Assembly: GCA_964016885.1 (NCBI GenBank)
Contig: OZ024741.1
Coordinates: 76,632,001 to 76,696,000, forward strand
Direction of reading: 5' to 3'
Length of the DNA: 64,000 nucleotides
From: Eledone cirrhosa
Lineage: Eukaryota
Part shown: positions 39,755 to 54,467 of the stretch, one piece after another
Layout of the letters: every line of letters starts with the position of its first letter
Numbering within the stretch: the first letter of the stretch is position 1
The notes under the pieces: generated by a model
What the model was told of the DNA's origin: nothing
What the model saw: the letters and a program-made list of their open reading frames with translations, nothing else
Database searches by the model: none
Program-made: the position numbers and the translations under genes

Positions 39755-40413
39755 GAGAAATCGATAGTCATACTTGATAGGTACTATATTTAATGACCCT
39801 CAACAGATGAAAGTGAAGTTGATCTCAACATTAAATGCAAAGTACTGGAACAAACACTGTAACACATTTCATTTGATACTCTAATGGTTCTGCAAAATCA
39901 ACCACTTTAATAATGATTTCTTAGTGTAAGGCATTTTATGAAGAGGTAATAATTGATTATATAATACCAGTATTTGACTGATGCTTATTCTATTGATTCT
40001 CATGGAAGATTAATAAACCAACTTCAGAGTTCAAGAAAATAGTTGCATATAGTTGATTGGATTCAGTATTTGAGTACTACTTATTTTATCGACCCCCAGA
40101 GAGATAAAAGGTAAAGTTAACTCTGGTAAGATTCAAGTTTATCTCATACCATAAAGCATTTTGTCTAGTGACTTACCTATATTGTACCTGATTTTGTCTG
40201 TATATAGATAGAGAGAGAAAAGGAACACCATTTGTTTAAAGAGAGAAAAGATTATGTCAACCTCATATATATAGAGAGAGGAGGGACCACTTAGCGTTCA
40301 TAGACAGACTTGAATGAAAATTGTTCAGTAAAGGAGACAAACGGTGAATTACATTTATGTTTAATTAACTTCGTTTTACAATACTTTATTCAATTTGAAA
40401 TTTGTATAACTCA

Positions 40414-40622
40414 TTGAACAATAATTGTTTCTACTTTAGGCACAAGGCCAGCAATTACCCAGTGCGTTACTGGTACTTTATTTTATCGACCCCGTAAGGA
40501 TGAAAGGCAAAGTCAACCTCGGCTGGATTTGAACTCAGATCGTAAAGGGACGTAACTATGCTGGAAAGCATGGCGTCCGACCCTCCACCGATACTGCCAA
40601 TCCACCGCCCTTGAACAATAAT
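40414..40622 (-). mobile_element. Full-length young SINE with a 12-bp TSD
   Basis: ttgaacaataat at 40414-40425 and 40611-40622; A and B boxes intact. Confidence 0.92.
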
Positions 40623-41621
40623 GATAGATAACAGAATACATTTGATACATATAACTCATTAAGAACATTAGAGTTTCACGTGCTCAGCTTTTTTATAAAA
40701 TAAAATTGCCTCCTTGCCATTTGCTCATATCCAGATGCTTCGGAAAAGATGGTCTTACACTGATTCTTTGAACAGGAAAATCATTGAGAACTTATTTTGC
40801 ACGGGCAACTAGTAATAACATAATATAACCAGTCTAACCTGTATGCTGTACAATACATATTAATTGAGAATTAATGTTGACATATAGGAATGATAAAATA
40901 GAAGATAAAATAAAGTAAAATTAAGTTTGAAGATAGATGGCCATTAAATAAATAAGGAATAAATCACAAGTGAAAAGTAAGAGTAAATAGTACAGAAGCA
41001 GAAACAAAGGACAGAAAAAAAAACAAAACAAAAAAAAAACAAGAAGAACAAAAAGGTGGGATGTGCGAAATGTACCATGATTAGACTATACCTATGCCTA
41101 ATATGTATCAGAAAATTAATAGTCATACTGAGATAAAAAATATACTAAGAAACATAAGATTTCTACAAGCATAGAAGAAAGGGGTATTCCTAGTATTATT
41201 ATGTAATCAAATTTTTTTATTTTGCTCAAGGTTAATACAAGTGTTACTACACCAAAGATCCTGGCACAATCCTCAGGTGTGGGTCTGATTCCTGAGGAGT
41301 GGGGGAAACTAACCAGCCCTCACAATAGGTCAAACTGCACTGCCTTGTGGAGTCTCACACTGTGTATCCAGGATAAGTGGTTGGAATGCCTGAGGGAATG
41401 CATGTAGTGAGGTAAGGCATGAGTCCCACTTAGAGGTTAGAGTGGCCCTGGGATGTAGTTAGAGACTAATAGAGACAAAAAAAGATAGAAACAGGAGGTG
41501 GGGGTGGTCCATACTGCAAAAAAATCTGGTCTGCCATACAGACTTATTGAATTATGTGGGAAATACTTTGTAAAATAGAACATTTTTAATGATGCTGCTT
41601 GAAATATAAAAGAACTCTTAC

Positions 41622-41678
41622 TTTGGCAGGAGTTTCAAACATCTCTTCCAAGTTAACCACACCAGGATGTTGCAAACT
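41622..41678 (-). CDS. PRKD: Protein kinase D exon (SLQHPGVVNLEEMFETPAK)
   Basis: 57 nt, phase 0-0, tttgcag/gtaag; HPGVVNLE.MFETP motif. Confidence 0.95.
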
Positions 41679-41725
41679 CTGCAAATAAATACATAAAGAA
41701 ATTAATGAGTAAACAAACTACAAAA

Positions 41726-41770
<45 letters not shown>

Positions 41771-42339
41771 GTAAATATAGAGATACATAGAAAGAAAATG
41801 AGGAACAAAAAAGGACTAAGATATACAAGTAATTAGTGTTAGCAAGATGGCTAGAAGTCCTATACAATCTACATGATCATAAATTTCATGAGACTTCTTG
41901 AAGAAATGCTTTATGATCAAATGCCCTTCCTGATGCCAACTATTTTAATCACCTTTTGCAACACAGAGATAAGGTGTAACTATTCTTAAAACCAGGGTAC
42001 ACACAAGACATAGGCAGACAGACAGTCAGACAAATTTTATTCGTAAACATACCGTATATCATTAGATATACAAAATTCACATAGATAAATATATATAATT
42101 GGTGGTATTGGTTAATCAGTGCATGCCCAATATTCAATAACGAGAGTATTAAAAGAGCTAACTGCAAATAATCATGTGGTGAAGAAAAAATGATATCACA
42201 CATCCTTAATAATATCATTTTTGATTTTGTTAATCTCCTCAGCAAAGCTTATATTTCATTGTAATTGCTGAATGATGAGACAAATCAGGAAATAGATGTA
42301 CAATATTGTACAGTAGTAGGTGCAGAAAACTAAATTTGT

Positions 42340-42714
42340 TTAACCCTTTAGCATTTACATTCTTGGCAGTATCGGTAGAGGGTCGGACGCCATGCTTTGC
42401 AGCACAGAGTTACGTCCCTTTATGGAATGAGTTCAAATCCCGTCGAGGTTAACTTTGCCTTTCATCCTTACGGGGGGTCGGTAAAATAAAGTACCAGTAA
42501 TGCACTGGGTAATTGCTAGCCTTGTGCCAAAAGTAGAAACAATTATTTGTAAACACTTCATCTCACATAATATCAAATCTATGAGATTTTGATATTATTT
42601 ATTGAGAGAACGATACCTTAACGTCGGTTTCAGCAGCTGGGTATAGCCAATTTGAACAGAAAGAAGTGAGAGAATTCTGGCCGAATACAGCAGGTTTAAA
42701 TGCTAAAGGGTTAA
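42340..42714. mobile_element. piggyBac-type MITE with a nested plus-strand SINE (about 42365-42545)
   Basis: TTAA TSD on both sides, TIRs CCCTTTAGCATTTA / TAAATGCTAAAGGG. Confidence 0.85.
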
Positions 42715-43096
42715 AGAATATAAACATTCAAAAAGAGATTGATAAGTAGGCAGACAAATAGACACTTAGGAAATTATATAAATAGATATAAAGTGGAAGC
42801 TGCTTATTGTAGTTGCTTGGAACAGAACCTTTTAGATAACAATAACCTACTGATAACATTAAGCAGAGGATATAACAATATCCTGAGCGCGCTGTCCCAC
42901 TAATTTTGGTAATAATAACCATTTGAAAATATTATATGTGGTTATAATAAGTGGCTTCCAATATATAGGTAGGTACACAAGAAATTAAGGAAGGAGAGAA
43001 GGAAGGCAGCAGACAGAGAATCAGTACAAATTGGTTGGTAATGTTCTGCAAGGCAATAAAATGTAAAGAGGAAGGAATGAGTGAGGAAACATTTAC

Positions 43097-43203
43097 TTGT
43101 AATATAGAAACTTCATTCTTCAAGCGAGCCTCCTGCTTGGTTGGGAATCTCACTTTGTCGATAACTTTTATCGCAACAGGTAGCTGTGACTGTTTATTGT
43201 GAC
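43097..43203 (-). CDS. PRKD: Protein kinase D exon (GHNKQSQLPVAIKVIDKVRFPTKQEARLKNEVSILQ)
   Basis: 107 nt, phase 1-0, tag/gtaaat; contains the VAIK lysine and the alphaC glutamate. Confidence 0.96.
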
Positions 43204-43590
43204 CTACAAAATAAGAGGAACAATATAACACAGCATCCAGAAAGGATATAAAAACAGGACCCTGAGAGATAGAAAGATGGAAACAAGGAGGTAAAAGGTT
43301 TGCGGTGGAAAATCCTAAAGACTGAAAACTAAAAGATTTATCTCCATGTGGTGATGATGATGGTGGTGCTAGATTTGATGTGCTGTTATTGTCATTTAAT
43401 CACAGGTCAGTCCTGATTGAGCTGACATATGACTAAGGTGTTTGAGCCATGATCATCCCTCTTTTTGTATATCCATGAGTACTTTAGCAGATTGATTGAA
43501 TGCACACATTTCAAGTCTGGAACTACATTGTCTAATGTGTAATTTCTTTTTAAGATGGTAGAGTGTGGCTTGAGAGATATTTAACTGCTA

Positions 43591-43801
43591 TTATTATGAA
43601 GTCCGGTGGATTGGCAGTATCGGTAGAGGATCAGACGCCATGCTTTGACGTATAGAGTTACGGCTCTTGCCATTCTGAGTTCAAATCCCGTCGAGGTTAA
43701 CTTTGCCTTTTATCCTTACGGGGTCGATAAAATAAAGTACCAGTAATGCACTGGGTAATTGCTGGCCTTGTGCCAAAAGTAGAAACAATTATTATGAAGT
43801 C
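43591..43801 (+). mobile_element. SINE copy in plus orientation with TSD
   Basis: ttattatgaagtc-like sequence on both sides; A and B boxes on the plus strand. Confidence 0.88.
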
Positions 43802-44972
43802 AAACGATGGCATAAAGTCTCCCTTGTCAACTGGTAATGTTAGTGCCATTGGTGAATTCTATTCATGGGAAGGCTGAGCATAGTACAATACTGCTCCCCA
43901 CCCAACAGCATCTAAAATCTTGGTCATGTGCATAGGTATTTTGTGTGTCGTGTGATGTATATAGATGTACATATATATATAATGACAGCTTTCTGTATAC
44001 ATATTTTTTCAAAATGGCTGACTAACATGTTCTTTTCACCTGTTTTCTTTTTGTCTCTTATCTGTTTTCCTATTTCTTCTTTTCATGTGTGTGTGCGAGC
44101 ATGTGTATGTAAAAAGTAAACAGAAATAACAAAAATAAAACAATCAGCACAGTACATGGAAGGAATATATTAGTTTGACGTTTGAAATAGCATGAAGAGA
44201 GTCTTAACGTTTTGGACGCTGTATATATCATTGCCATCATTTAATGTTTGCTTTCGTAGTTAGAAAGGGTTGGATGGGTCTTCAGAGACTGAGTCAGTAC
44301 TAAAGCGGGTCTACTGACCTTTTATCTCACATTAAGTTCTACATTATACTAAATGTATTTTATCATAGTACCAGCACTAGGGAAAAATGTTATGTCCTTG
44401 ACACAGCTGATGGGACCACTCAACCTTTTGTTTGGCAAGCTTTCTATGGCTATGTATATGCATCAGCATATATTTTTATATTTATTATTTTATACCACAT
44501 TTTATAAATACTAGCTTTGTTCATTCACAATCATGAGGTCTCAAGTTCAATCACGGTGCATGGCATCTTGAACAAGTGACTTTTATCAGACTCAAGTCAA
44601 CCCAAACAATGTAAGTAAAATTGGATAGACAGAAACTGTGTGAAAGCCCATAAGATTGACTGCACATGTAATTCAAAATGTCAGCATTGTCATGCAATGT
44701 CACACTGATTCTACTTGATAGTTATATTAAAGGTATAGCCACTTATACTATAATATAGATGAATGAACAAAAAGATAGCCAGCCTGTTAGTTGGTTGGGT
44801 GGGTATGTGGATGTATGAGCAGATAGATGGATGGACAGATGGATGGATATATGGATGGGTAAATAGATGGAAAAATAGAAGGTTGGATAGACAGATAGAC
44901 TGATAAATAGATAAATTGATAGAAATAGGCATAGATACAACAATGGATATAGAAATAGAATGATAGACTAAA

Positions 44973-45050
<78 letters not shown>

Positions 45051-45614
45051 TTCATTGTATTGAGTTCTTTGTTATATAGTGTTGTTTACATGAGGAGAGG
45101 GAGGGAGATAAAAAGGAGGGGAAATAGAGGGAGAGGGTAAAGGGTAAAAGGAGAGATGGTGAAGAATGTAGTTTGCTGATTAAATTAATATATAAATTGT
45201 TTGTATTAAAGCTTGACAAGGAGCAGATGAGCATGAAGTATTTGTTCAAAGCAATATCAGAAATAATGGCTCTACAGAACATACATTGAATAGACGATGA
45301 TTAATCAGCAGAGAGAAAAAGAAATGTAAAGAGAAATAAGGTGGAAACAAAACACATGAAGATTGATCTGTAACAATTTAACTTATTATGTTGTTGATGT
45401 TTAGCCCCAGGTCAGACTTGATTACACAAATCTATTATAAAAGACATTCCAGTAATGGCCACCCAGTCATTTTATGAATAAGACTACATTATCCAATGTG
45501 TCAATTCCTTTCCCAAAGGAGTAGTGTGTGATTTGAGTGAGAATCGGTTGCTGTTTCTAGCAGATAGAGTGACCACATGAAGTTTCCCTTATATCATTAT
45601 TTTTGTTATTGTTA

Positions 45615-46360
45615 GGGCAGTGGATTGGCAGTATTGGTAGAGCACTGGACATCATGCTTTGCAGCACAGAGTTACGGTCCTTTACAGTCTGTGTTCAAAT
45701 CCCACCAAGGTTAGCTTTGCCTTTCATCCCTACAGGGTTGATAAAATAAAGTACAAGTAATGCACTGGGGTCGATGTAATAGACTTTCCCATCCCTTCAA
45801 ATTGCTGGTCTATAGTAGAAATCATTATTATTGTTATTGTGGGATTTGAACACAGAATGTGAAAGGACGTAACTATGCCACAAAGCATGCTATCTGATGC
45901 TCTACTGTTACTGCAAATCCACCACACTAATAATCATAATATTAATGGTTTCTGATTTAGGAACAATGCCAACAATTTTAGACGAGGGAAAGTCAATTAA
46001 ATTGACCCCAGTGCATTACTGGTACTTTATTTATCGACCCATGTAAGGATGAAAGGCAAAGCTAACCTCGACGGGATTTGAACTCAGAACGTAAAGGGCC
46101 ATAACTCTATGACGCTAAGCATGTTGTACGACGCTCTACCGATTCTACCAATCCACCACCCTAGTAATAATAACAATAATTGTTTTTACTTTTGGCACAA
46201 GGCCAGCAATTGTCCCACAGCATTACTGTTGCTTTATTTTATCGACCCCGTAAGGATGAAAGGCAAAGTTAACCTCAGCAGGATTAACTTTGCCTTTAAT
46301 CCTTACGGTGTTGATAAAATAAAGTGCCAGTAATACTCTGGGACAATTGCTGGCCTTGTG
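45615..46360. mobile_element. SINE cluster with mixed orientations, ending in a SINE fold-back (46196-46360)
   Basis: Plus copy 45615-45830, minus copies 45840-46160, then two SINE halves in inverted orientation centred at 46278. Confidence 0.85.
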
Positions 46361-46724
46361 TCATAACAACAACAACAATAACAACCTATTATTGTGGTGG
46401 ATTAACACAGTCATTAAAGCATTGGACAAAATGCCTCTTTATGTTCCAAGTTCAAATCCTGCCAAGATCAAATTTGCACTTCACCCTTGCTAGATCTATA
46501 AAATAATGTGTGACTTATGAACTAGGGTCAATTTAATTTATTAACAATTGAACCCCCAAAATTTCTGGCCTTGTGATTATTTTAGAAAAAAAAAATTATT
46601 TTTAAGGCAGGGGATGAGATAATCAGTAGAGTGTTGAACAATGTGCATTGTGGTATTTAGTTACATCTGAGTTCACTTTGGGGCTCAGTAAAATAAAGTG
46701 CTAGTAAACAATTTTGGTTGATCC

Positions 46725-47195
46725 AGCATTTGTAGCTTTGAGATTACATCTCTACTTCCACACTTGTGGTTTTGACACCATACTTCTTCCTTCACCTTTT
46801 ATGACCTTAAACTTACACTCCTTCCAAAATGTGACCCTCAGCCTATACCACTTCATCCAACTTTGTACCTTCCTCTAATATTTGCAGCCTTAAACCTAAG
46901 CCTCTCTTTTCAATTTTTGTAGCTTTGAAACTACATTGTTCTTTCCAATATAGCCCTTCTATCCAGGTTTTGTGGACTTTAGATTATGATTCTTTAACAT
47001 TTGCGAACATGACATGATACTACCCACTCCAACATTTGTGGCCTTAGCATTACATTATTCCTTCCCTACCAACATTTGTGACTTTGAGCCTGTGCATCTT
47101 ACCTACCAGCATTGGGATCTTGAGACTATGCCACACCCTCAGGCAATTTTGGCCTTAAACCTGTAGCCTATCCCCCAAAATTTGTGACCTTAAGC
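46725..47195. repeat. Degenerate minisatellite of about 35-40 bp (caacatttgtggccttaa...)
   Basis: Recurring aacatttgtgNcctt / tttgtagctttga. Confidence 0.6.
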
Positions 47196-47906
47196 CAAAG
47201 AAAAAAAATTGCAAATATTTGTATTAGTGTACAGACAGCTGTGAAGCAAGGACTGCAAAGATATACAATGATATATTAGATAGCAAACTGGCAGTCGATG
47301 GAGAAAATGCCTTGTGGTATATGTTCCAGCTCTCTGAGTTTAAATCCTGTTAAAGTTAAGTTGGCCTCTCATCCTTTAGAGGGAAATACCATAAAGTAAA
47401 ACTGGATTGACACCATTGCTAGACCATTGGACAAGATGATTGAAAATGTTTTTTCTGGTCTTTGCATTCTGAGTTCAAATGCTGATGTGGCCTACTTGAG
47501 TAATAGACTTAATCTGTTATCTGATTTTATACCACCACCTTCAGTATCTTTAGTGGAGTCCTCCCTATTGTAAGCATTTGGGCCAGATCTTCAGTTTGAG
47601 AGCACCTTCTTTCCTCTCTTCTTCTCACCAGTTCCAGAGGCCCTGATTAAGCAGTAAAAAAAGACAAGTTTCACCCAGGCTCGTGTTACATCCCTAAGGA
47701 GACTGAGGTTCCGTTTGCTGACACACTGGATCCTATGATAACCTTTCTGCTAAGGAGAAATGTCAATGCAAGTCAATCAAATAAAAACTAAACAAAGTAA
47801 AGTAAGGAAAGAAATATTCAATATCTTTATTGCCATAACCTTCTAACACACTTTATATATATATAAAGAGTGTTAGAAGGTTATGGCAATACAGTATATA
47901 TATTCA

Positions 47907-48263
47907 TATCATCTCATTTTTACAGCTGAGTAAACTGGAGCAATGTGAAATAAAGTGTCTTGCTCAAGGAAACAACACATCACTCAGACTGGGTGATGTG
48001 TTGTTTACTTGAGCAAGACACTTTATTTCACATTGCTCCAGTTTACTCAGCTGTAGAAATGAGATGATAGGGACTGGGGTGCCTATCATTCCACTGCAAA
48101 GTGGACGTGTAGGTGCCACGGCAAAAAAGCACCCAGCACTCACTGTAAATGTGGTTGGTGTTAGGAAGGGCATCCAGCTGTAGAAATCAAGCCAGAATCA
48201 GTTCCCGTCCCACCCTTGTAAGCAGGGAAAAGCGGACGTAAAATGAAATGATGATGATGGTGA
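47907..48263 (+). mobile_element. Headless copy of the second SINE family with a 5' inverted duplication (81-bp-arm palindrome 47907-48069)
   Basis: 47907-47987 is the reverse complement of 47989-48069 with about 3 mismatches. Confidence 0.88.
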
Positions 48264-51119
48264 TAATATTCAACAATACAACACTCTTCTACGTAAACGA
48301 TAGGTTCCAAAGAGACTAGCCTGCGTTGGTAAAAAATTATACAAAATGGTATAATTTTCTCAGATGAAGAGACAGTCATAAAATGTCAGTTTCTTCTTTC
48401 CCCTACAGTACAATCATTTAACCAAACACACAAAATAAAGCAAGGCAAGAGGAAGCAGAGAAAGATGATAAACTTGCTACTCCCTACCCATACACTTCTG
48501 TTCCCAAGAAGCCCACAACAAGATATGGGCAAGAACTGCAAGCTGCAAACAACAACTACTCTGTCTCTATATGTTAAAATGGAATTCATTCCCAGTAAAC
48601 AGTGATGTAGAAAGCTGCACTACTATAGGGTTAGCCTGAACTCTGTAGTCTTCCTACAGGAGGCATGTAAGTGTGTGTGAACATGTGATTGTGTATGTGC
48701 ACATGTTAAACTAAGAGTGAACATGTGTGTATGTGTGCATTTTTACATATATGTGTGTACATATGTTTGTACATGCTTATATATGTATAAAAGTATGATG
48801 ATTGTAGGAAATTTTACTTGTGCTTGCATATATGTACATGAGAATATATTCACATGAGTGTACATATGTTTATATGTGCTTCTGCATATTGTGCATCTAT
48901 GTTGTTGTATATATTTATACATATGTATGTGTTGGATAGATGATAGTGTGCATTTGAGTGTCCATGCATGTATAAGTATGCATGTGTATGTGTGATGTGT
49001 GTATGTATATGAATATAACTATGCAGACATATGTGTCTACAGTTTGGATGCAGGCATGTTTAAGTGGTTAAGAAGTTTATTTTGGAATCATGAAGTCCTA
49101 ACATCAATCCTAATTGTAGCATCTTGGGAAAGTGTCTTTTACTATAGAATCAGTTCAATCAAAGCTTTGTGAATAAAGTTGGGCAGATGGAATTGTGGAA
49201 GCCTGTTAGATGGAATGTACCTGCAATTAGAGCCTTCTTACACACAGGATCATACTGATTCTGCCTAAGGATTACATTAAGGGTAAAAGTGGTACTTACA
49301 TCATAATTCAATAAGTAGGCAATTCAGTTGATCGAAAACCTCAAATACTCATTGACAAAACTGATGGAGATACATTTACTTTCAGACATTTGTGAATTAT
49401 CACTGCATTTTCCCATACATTAGATGAATTCTATTCCATATTTATCACGTAAACTAATTTATTATTGTTAAATATTTATCGACCAGTTTGTGGTATTAGG
49501 CGTCATATTGGGCCAGTCAGAATGTGATATGTCCAGCACATGTCAACATCATTGTTGTTGTTGTCCTAGCCTCCTTTTATTTTCTATGTTTATTTAAGAC
49601 TTTTCACACTCTTTCAAAGTTTCTACTACCATGAAAGTAATGCAAAACACACTGTAAAACATTGCCTCAAAAAAGAACTCCATGATGAGATTGATTAACA
49701 TATATGCAGAGTAGAGCCCAAAGTATGCTGTATGTGGTCCCTGCATTTTCTTGTAAAAAGATGAGAAACCCAATGAAAACAGCCTCCAAAATGACAGAAT
49801 ATCTTAATAACAAGTAAAACCAGCAAAATTTCATGATGATGATGATGTAAACATTCTCCCTTTCCTATGATAACATTTTCAATGTATTTTCTTCTTAGTA
49901 TAAGTCAACGCATGTGGAACTTCTCAACACACACACACACACTCATGTACACACGCAAACACACACACACGCACACACACACATACATACACATACATAC
50001 ATGTAAAATCATTGAAAGGCATTCCATTAAAACAGAAACAAACCACAATTCCTAATCATTATCATCATCATTTAATGTCTATTTTCCTTGGGTTAGATGG
50101 GTTGTTACGTACTAAGGCTCATATACTCCATTTACGTGCTGCTCACATGCTCCATTTTTGCTCCTTTGTTTATTTTGCCAAATTTCACTTTGCTTCAATG
50201 GGATATTCACATCTACACTACATTGAGTTCTGATAGGATTGTAAGTTCTACCTTAATTGAGTAATGTATTAATGTATGTGTATATATATATAACACTCAT
50301 TCATTACCAAGTGCATTAAAGCTCAATGCGTTTAATCACTTATGGAAAAACACAGAGCATAATAATTCAATTTAGGTGAATAATTAAAAATTTTATAGTT
50401 CAAGTCAATTTCATTTCTACGATCATTTCAATTTATTGAAATGCAATTGTAAATATCAATAACGATTAATTAAATCAACAAAGATGGCAATTACATTTCA
50501 AAAATCTGCTCAGGAAATAAATTTTTAGATTTGGGGAATAATAGTCCCAATAACCAGGTAAGCATGCGATAAAACCAAATTACAGAAACAAAATTTTGAA
50601 AAACATTAATATTTAGCATTACATAATGTGATTTAAGCAACAAAGAAGTATAATGTGTGAGAATATAAGTCCACATGCTGTAATTACTGTCCCTGTATCC
50701 AAATACAAGTATAATATACTTACAGAATGCTGTAGCACATTTGTTTGAACATGTAACGTGTTTTTTTAAATAAAGCTTAAAAGTGATATTAACAGGTGGT
50801 GTATGAAAAGACATCCGAATCTTCAACATTCGGTATTCAATCACAAACTCAGCCAATGTATGTTTTCATACTGTAAATTAGATGGTGACCATCAATATCC
50901 TATAAGGGTTAATAAACTTATCTATGTATCTGAGTGTAAAAAAATCTGTGTAGATCTATATATAGTTAAAGAAACTTCAGTGGACATAATTCTAATACTA
51001 GTGTCACAGGACTCAATTGTTTTAGAAATATGTTGCGTGTTATGAATATGGGTAGGCTGGATGTAAAGAGCCTAAAATGATTATTAATTTTTTATCAATT
51101 GTTTATTAAGTAGGGTCAC

Positions 51120-52740
51120 ATTTATAATAGTAAAAAGAATAGGAATTCCTGTGTGGGCACATTGAAACTATTTCCAGTTTCCAATTCAATAAATTTAGAT
51201 GAAACTTAGTTATTAAGAGACACTCAGTTAAACACAAATTACATTTTAGGTTACCTGGCACATAGGACTTTGCAGCTTTCAAAACAAACTAAGAAAGGGA
51301 GTAAATGACGTTAGAATTTTTTAAATCCTATACATAACTGGCAAGCGAGGTTGAATTCTTCAGTTTTACATTCCTAAAAGAGTGAAGGTGGGTGTAGTAC
51401 CATGATTTAAAACTATTTGATGTTGCATCGATGTAAGTTTTAGTGCCATTAGGTGTGGAAACAGTGCACTGATATACTATGCTAGATACAAGGCAATTAC
51501 CATTTAGAGGGCATCCTTCCAGGTATCTGCAATTGCAGTTCTGGTTAGTTATTGGGTTAGCCTTAGCATTATATACAGTATTAAGGTTATTAAAAGGGTT
51601 TTCACTTTGACAAGGGTAAGTCTTACTCCTAGTTTTCCATGTAGTTGTTTTGATAGAGCTAGCTAAATTGTCTGATATTATATTATACTTACTCAGTTTT
51701 GCACTGTTACTAGAGGCTAAATAATCTGCTAAATTAAGAGTTGTTAAGAAGCAAAGTTTAATAGTATTTTTATTTAGTAATTTATGGTACTTATGTGATT
51801 GGGGAAGTTTTTAATCAATTATACTAAAGAAACATTTAGGTATATTTGAAGCTATATGCTTACTATAAAGTGGATTAAACCATGTGGTGGGCTATCTACA
51901 GTTTGTCTTACTACCTAAAGTTGAGGTATTAGTATCTAATGGTTGGAAGTTGACGGATGGAAAGCGAGAGTTCAGTTCATTTTTGTTGCTATAAGAATTA
52001 TTATTAGATTTAGGGATATTAAGGAGCGTACTGGAGCTTATCACATGAACTTGTGTCAAATTTGAAAATTTATGTGGGTGAAGTCTATGCAGTATTATGC
52101 CTCTCCATCTATCCTTATTTAAATTCTTATCTTTACAGTTGTTTTGGTTACTACTAGTTATATTTCTGTTATTATTCTCATTCATATCTATTGTTGTTAG
52201 CATATATGCACTCCTTCATACTCATACTATCCTTATTTGTGTTAGATGTGATAATTACACTCTTAATAGAAGAAGCATTAATTTGGTCAATAGCTTTATT
52301 ATTATTGGTTCGATTCAATATTTTGATCATACTTAGATCTACATAATGTGCTATTGTAAGTAATTATATTTTAATTTCTACTTCTACAGTTATTATTATC
52401 TATGTTGTACTGGATTTTCTCATTATAACCTGATCTAGTTAACTCCTCATTGTAATATTGGGCATTTTGGTTAAATGCATAGTCTGAAGATTCTATTGGA
52501 TACATTTTTTTAATTATAGAGTTAAGTATAGACTTAGGGTGGTTTGAGAAGTTATTTATATAGACTAGGTTCTTTACCTGGATTAAGGTAAGGTTTATAT
52601 AGCCTGGTATTTAGTTCAAAGGTGACATCTAGGAAATTAACTACTTTATTATTTATATCTATGGTTATATTTAAGCCACCATCTTTAAAAAAGCCCATGT
52701 AAGTGCTTCTTTGTTCTTTCTGGGCTTCTACTATTACAGT
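51120..52740 (-). mobile_element. Decayed Penelope-like retroelement (RT thumb, linker, GIY-YIG endonuclease)
   Basis: VNFLDVTFEL..LYKPY, SNHPKSIL, TWFNPLYS..SNI, CNC....CPLNGNCL..SIVYQC...TYI, CNLCLTE...CPH; contains stops and frameshifts. Confidence 0.9.
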
Positions 52741-53678
52741 TAATTGTGAAGAGAGCATGGTCAATTTAATTAAGAAAATGTAAAAATGGTGGTGAGAGGA
52801 TGCTGGAGTGAATGAAGAAAGTGGGATATGGATATAGAGAGCAGGAAGGAGGATGGAAGAAGAGAGAACGCAGTGGAATGTGAGAGAAAGATATATACAG
52901 AGATAGATAAATGAGAGGAGGGAGTGGTGATAAGAAGAATGACAGAGAATTGAGAGGGTTACTAGAATGGATTCAGAGAGGGGGGAGGGAAAGGAGGGAA
53001 AAGGTAGAATGAAAGAGTAATGAGGTGGGAGGGAGGAGTTAAGTAGAATGAAGAAAGGGTATAAGTAGAATGATGGGAAAGAACAACAGAAAGTAAGAGA
53101 TAAGTATAACAAGAGAGAAAAAAATGAAAGAGATTGAAAGAAGAAATAAGTAGAAAAGTAGAATGAGAAAGAGAGAGAGGGAGAGAGAGAGATTTATATA
53201 GCATTAGGGATTAATTATTTGCAATACAAGAAAGAAAAAAGCAAAGGAAGATGCTAGTGTAATCACAATCAAATTTTATGGATGCTTGCATGAACATGAA
53301 GATATTTACACCACAACAAATTAATGTTTGCTAAAATTGTTGTAAAACACTCCACTCCATTTTATTTATTTTTGTTTGGATTTATTTATTATTTTCAATT
53401 CATGTCTTTTTATTTCCAAATCTTTAATATGCTTTCTTGTCAAACAATGAAATCTTGAAATTGATCCTGTTAGGTGCAAGCATGGTTGAATGGCTAAGAA
53501 TTTCATTTTGCTATTATGTGGTCTCAGGTCCAGTCCCACTGTGTAGCTATGCCAAGTGACATGGGCTATAGCTTCCAGCTGGCTAATGTCTTCTGAGCAA
53601 ATTTGAGAGATGGAAACTATGTCAAAGCCCATTCATATCATCATCATCATCATTACTTTCTATGAGTACATGAGTATA

Positions 53679-54435
53679 TCTGTATATATATAAAGACAAA
53701 GTTTTCTGTATGTGTGTGTGGACAATTTTTAATGAGGGCTCATATATTCTAAACCATTCATGCGATTTCTTTGAAATTTTTTACAGAGCTTCTCCTTGCA
53801 CAAAACCTGTACATGATCTACAAAGGCTTTCAAAAATCGATATCGGGGCCTTTGGAGACATTAAAAAAGTTTCGGTTATTTGTGTGAATTTTCGTGATTA
53901 AGTAAGACGAGAGTTATCTTTAAGTAAGACAAGAGTTATCTTTCGTAATTCGGCTCATTCGGATTTTAATTTGCTCTTTGTACTTGAAACAAAAGGTAAG
54001 CTTCCTTGAGCCTAACAATATCATTTTGTATATTTCACAACCAGAAATTTCTAACAGATTACTAAGTTAAGTTATAGATTTGACATTCTATAATTTATCG
54101 TTTCAAGCTTGATGTTCATACATTAAGTGATGTCATAACTTTTACAATATTATGCTTTGTACATAATAGTGTCTATTATTCACTTGACTTCTCTATTTCA
54201 TGATGCGCTTTTACTGTTGTCAAAAAAATGTATACCTAGACTGGATTTCTGTTGTTACATGGTATAACGGATGACACCAAGCTCACATATTAATTATTTC
54301 GCTGGAATAGTGCCTAAGGTTCTCATGTTTACATAAAGTACGTTTTTCTCCTATGTATTCAAATTTACTTTGTTTAGTTTAATGAGCTACATCGAAAGCT
54401 ATTTGAACCATCCAAAGGACGGGTAGTTTAGCTAG
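53679..54435 (+). mobile_element. Non-autonomous Helitron
   Basis: Inserted between A and T, 5' TC(TGTATATATATAAAG), subterminal hairpin ccatccaaaggacggg, 3' CTAG. Confidence 0.78.

Positions 54436-54467
<32 letters not shown>

Noticed and set aside
40426-40610. tRNA gene calls from A and B boxes in the SINE heads
   Set aside because: Extended A-B spacing, no cloverleaf, and the heads are attached to SINE bodies with TSDs.
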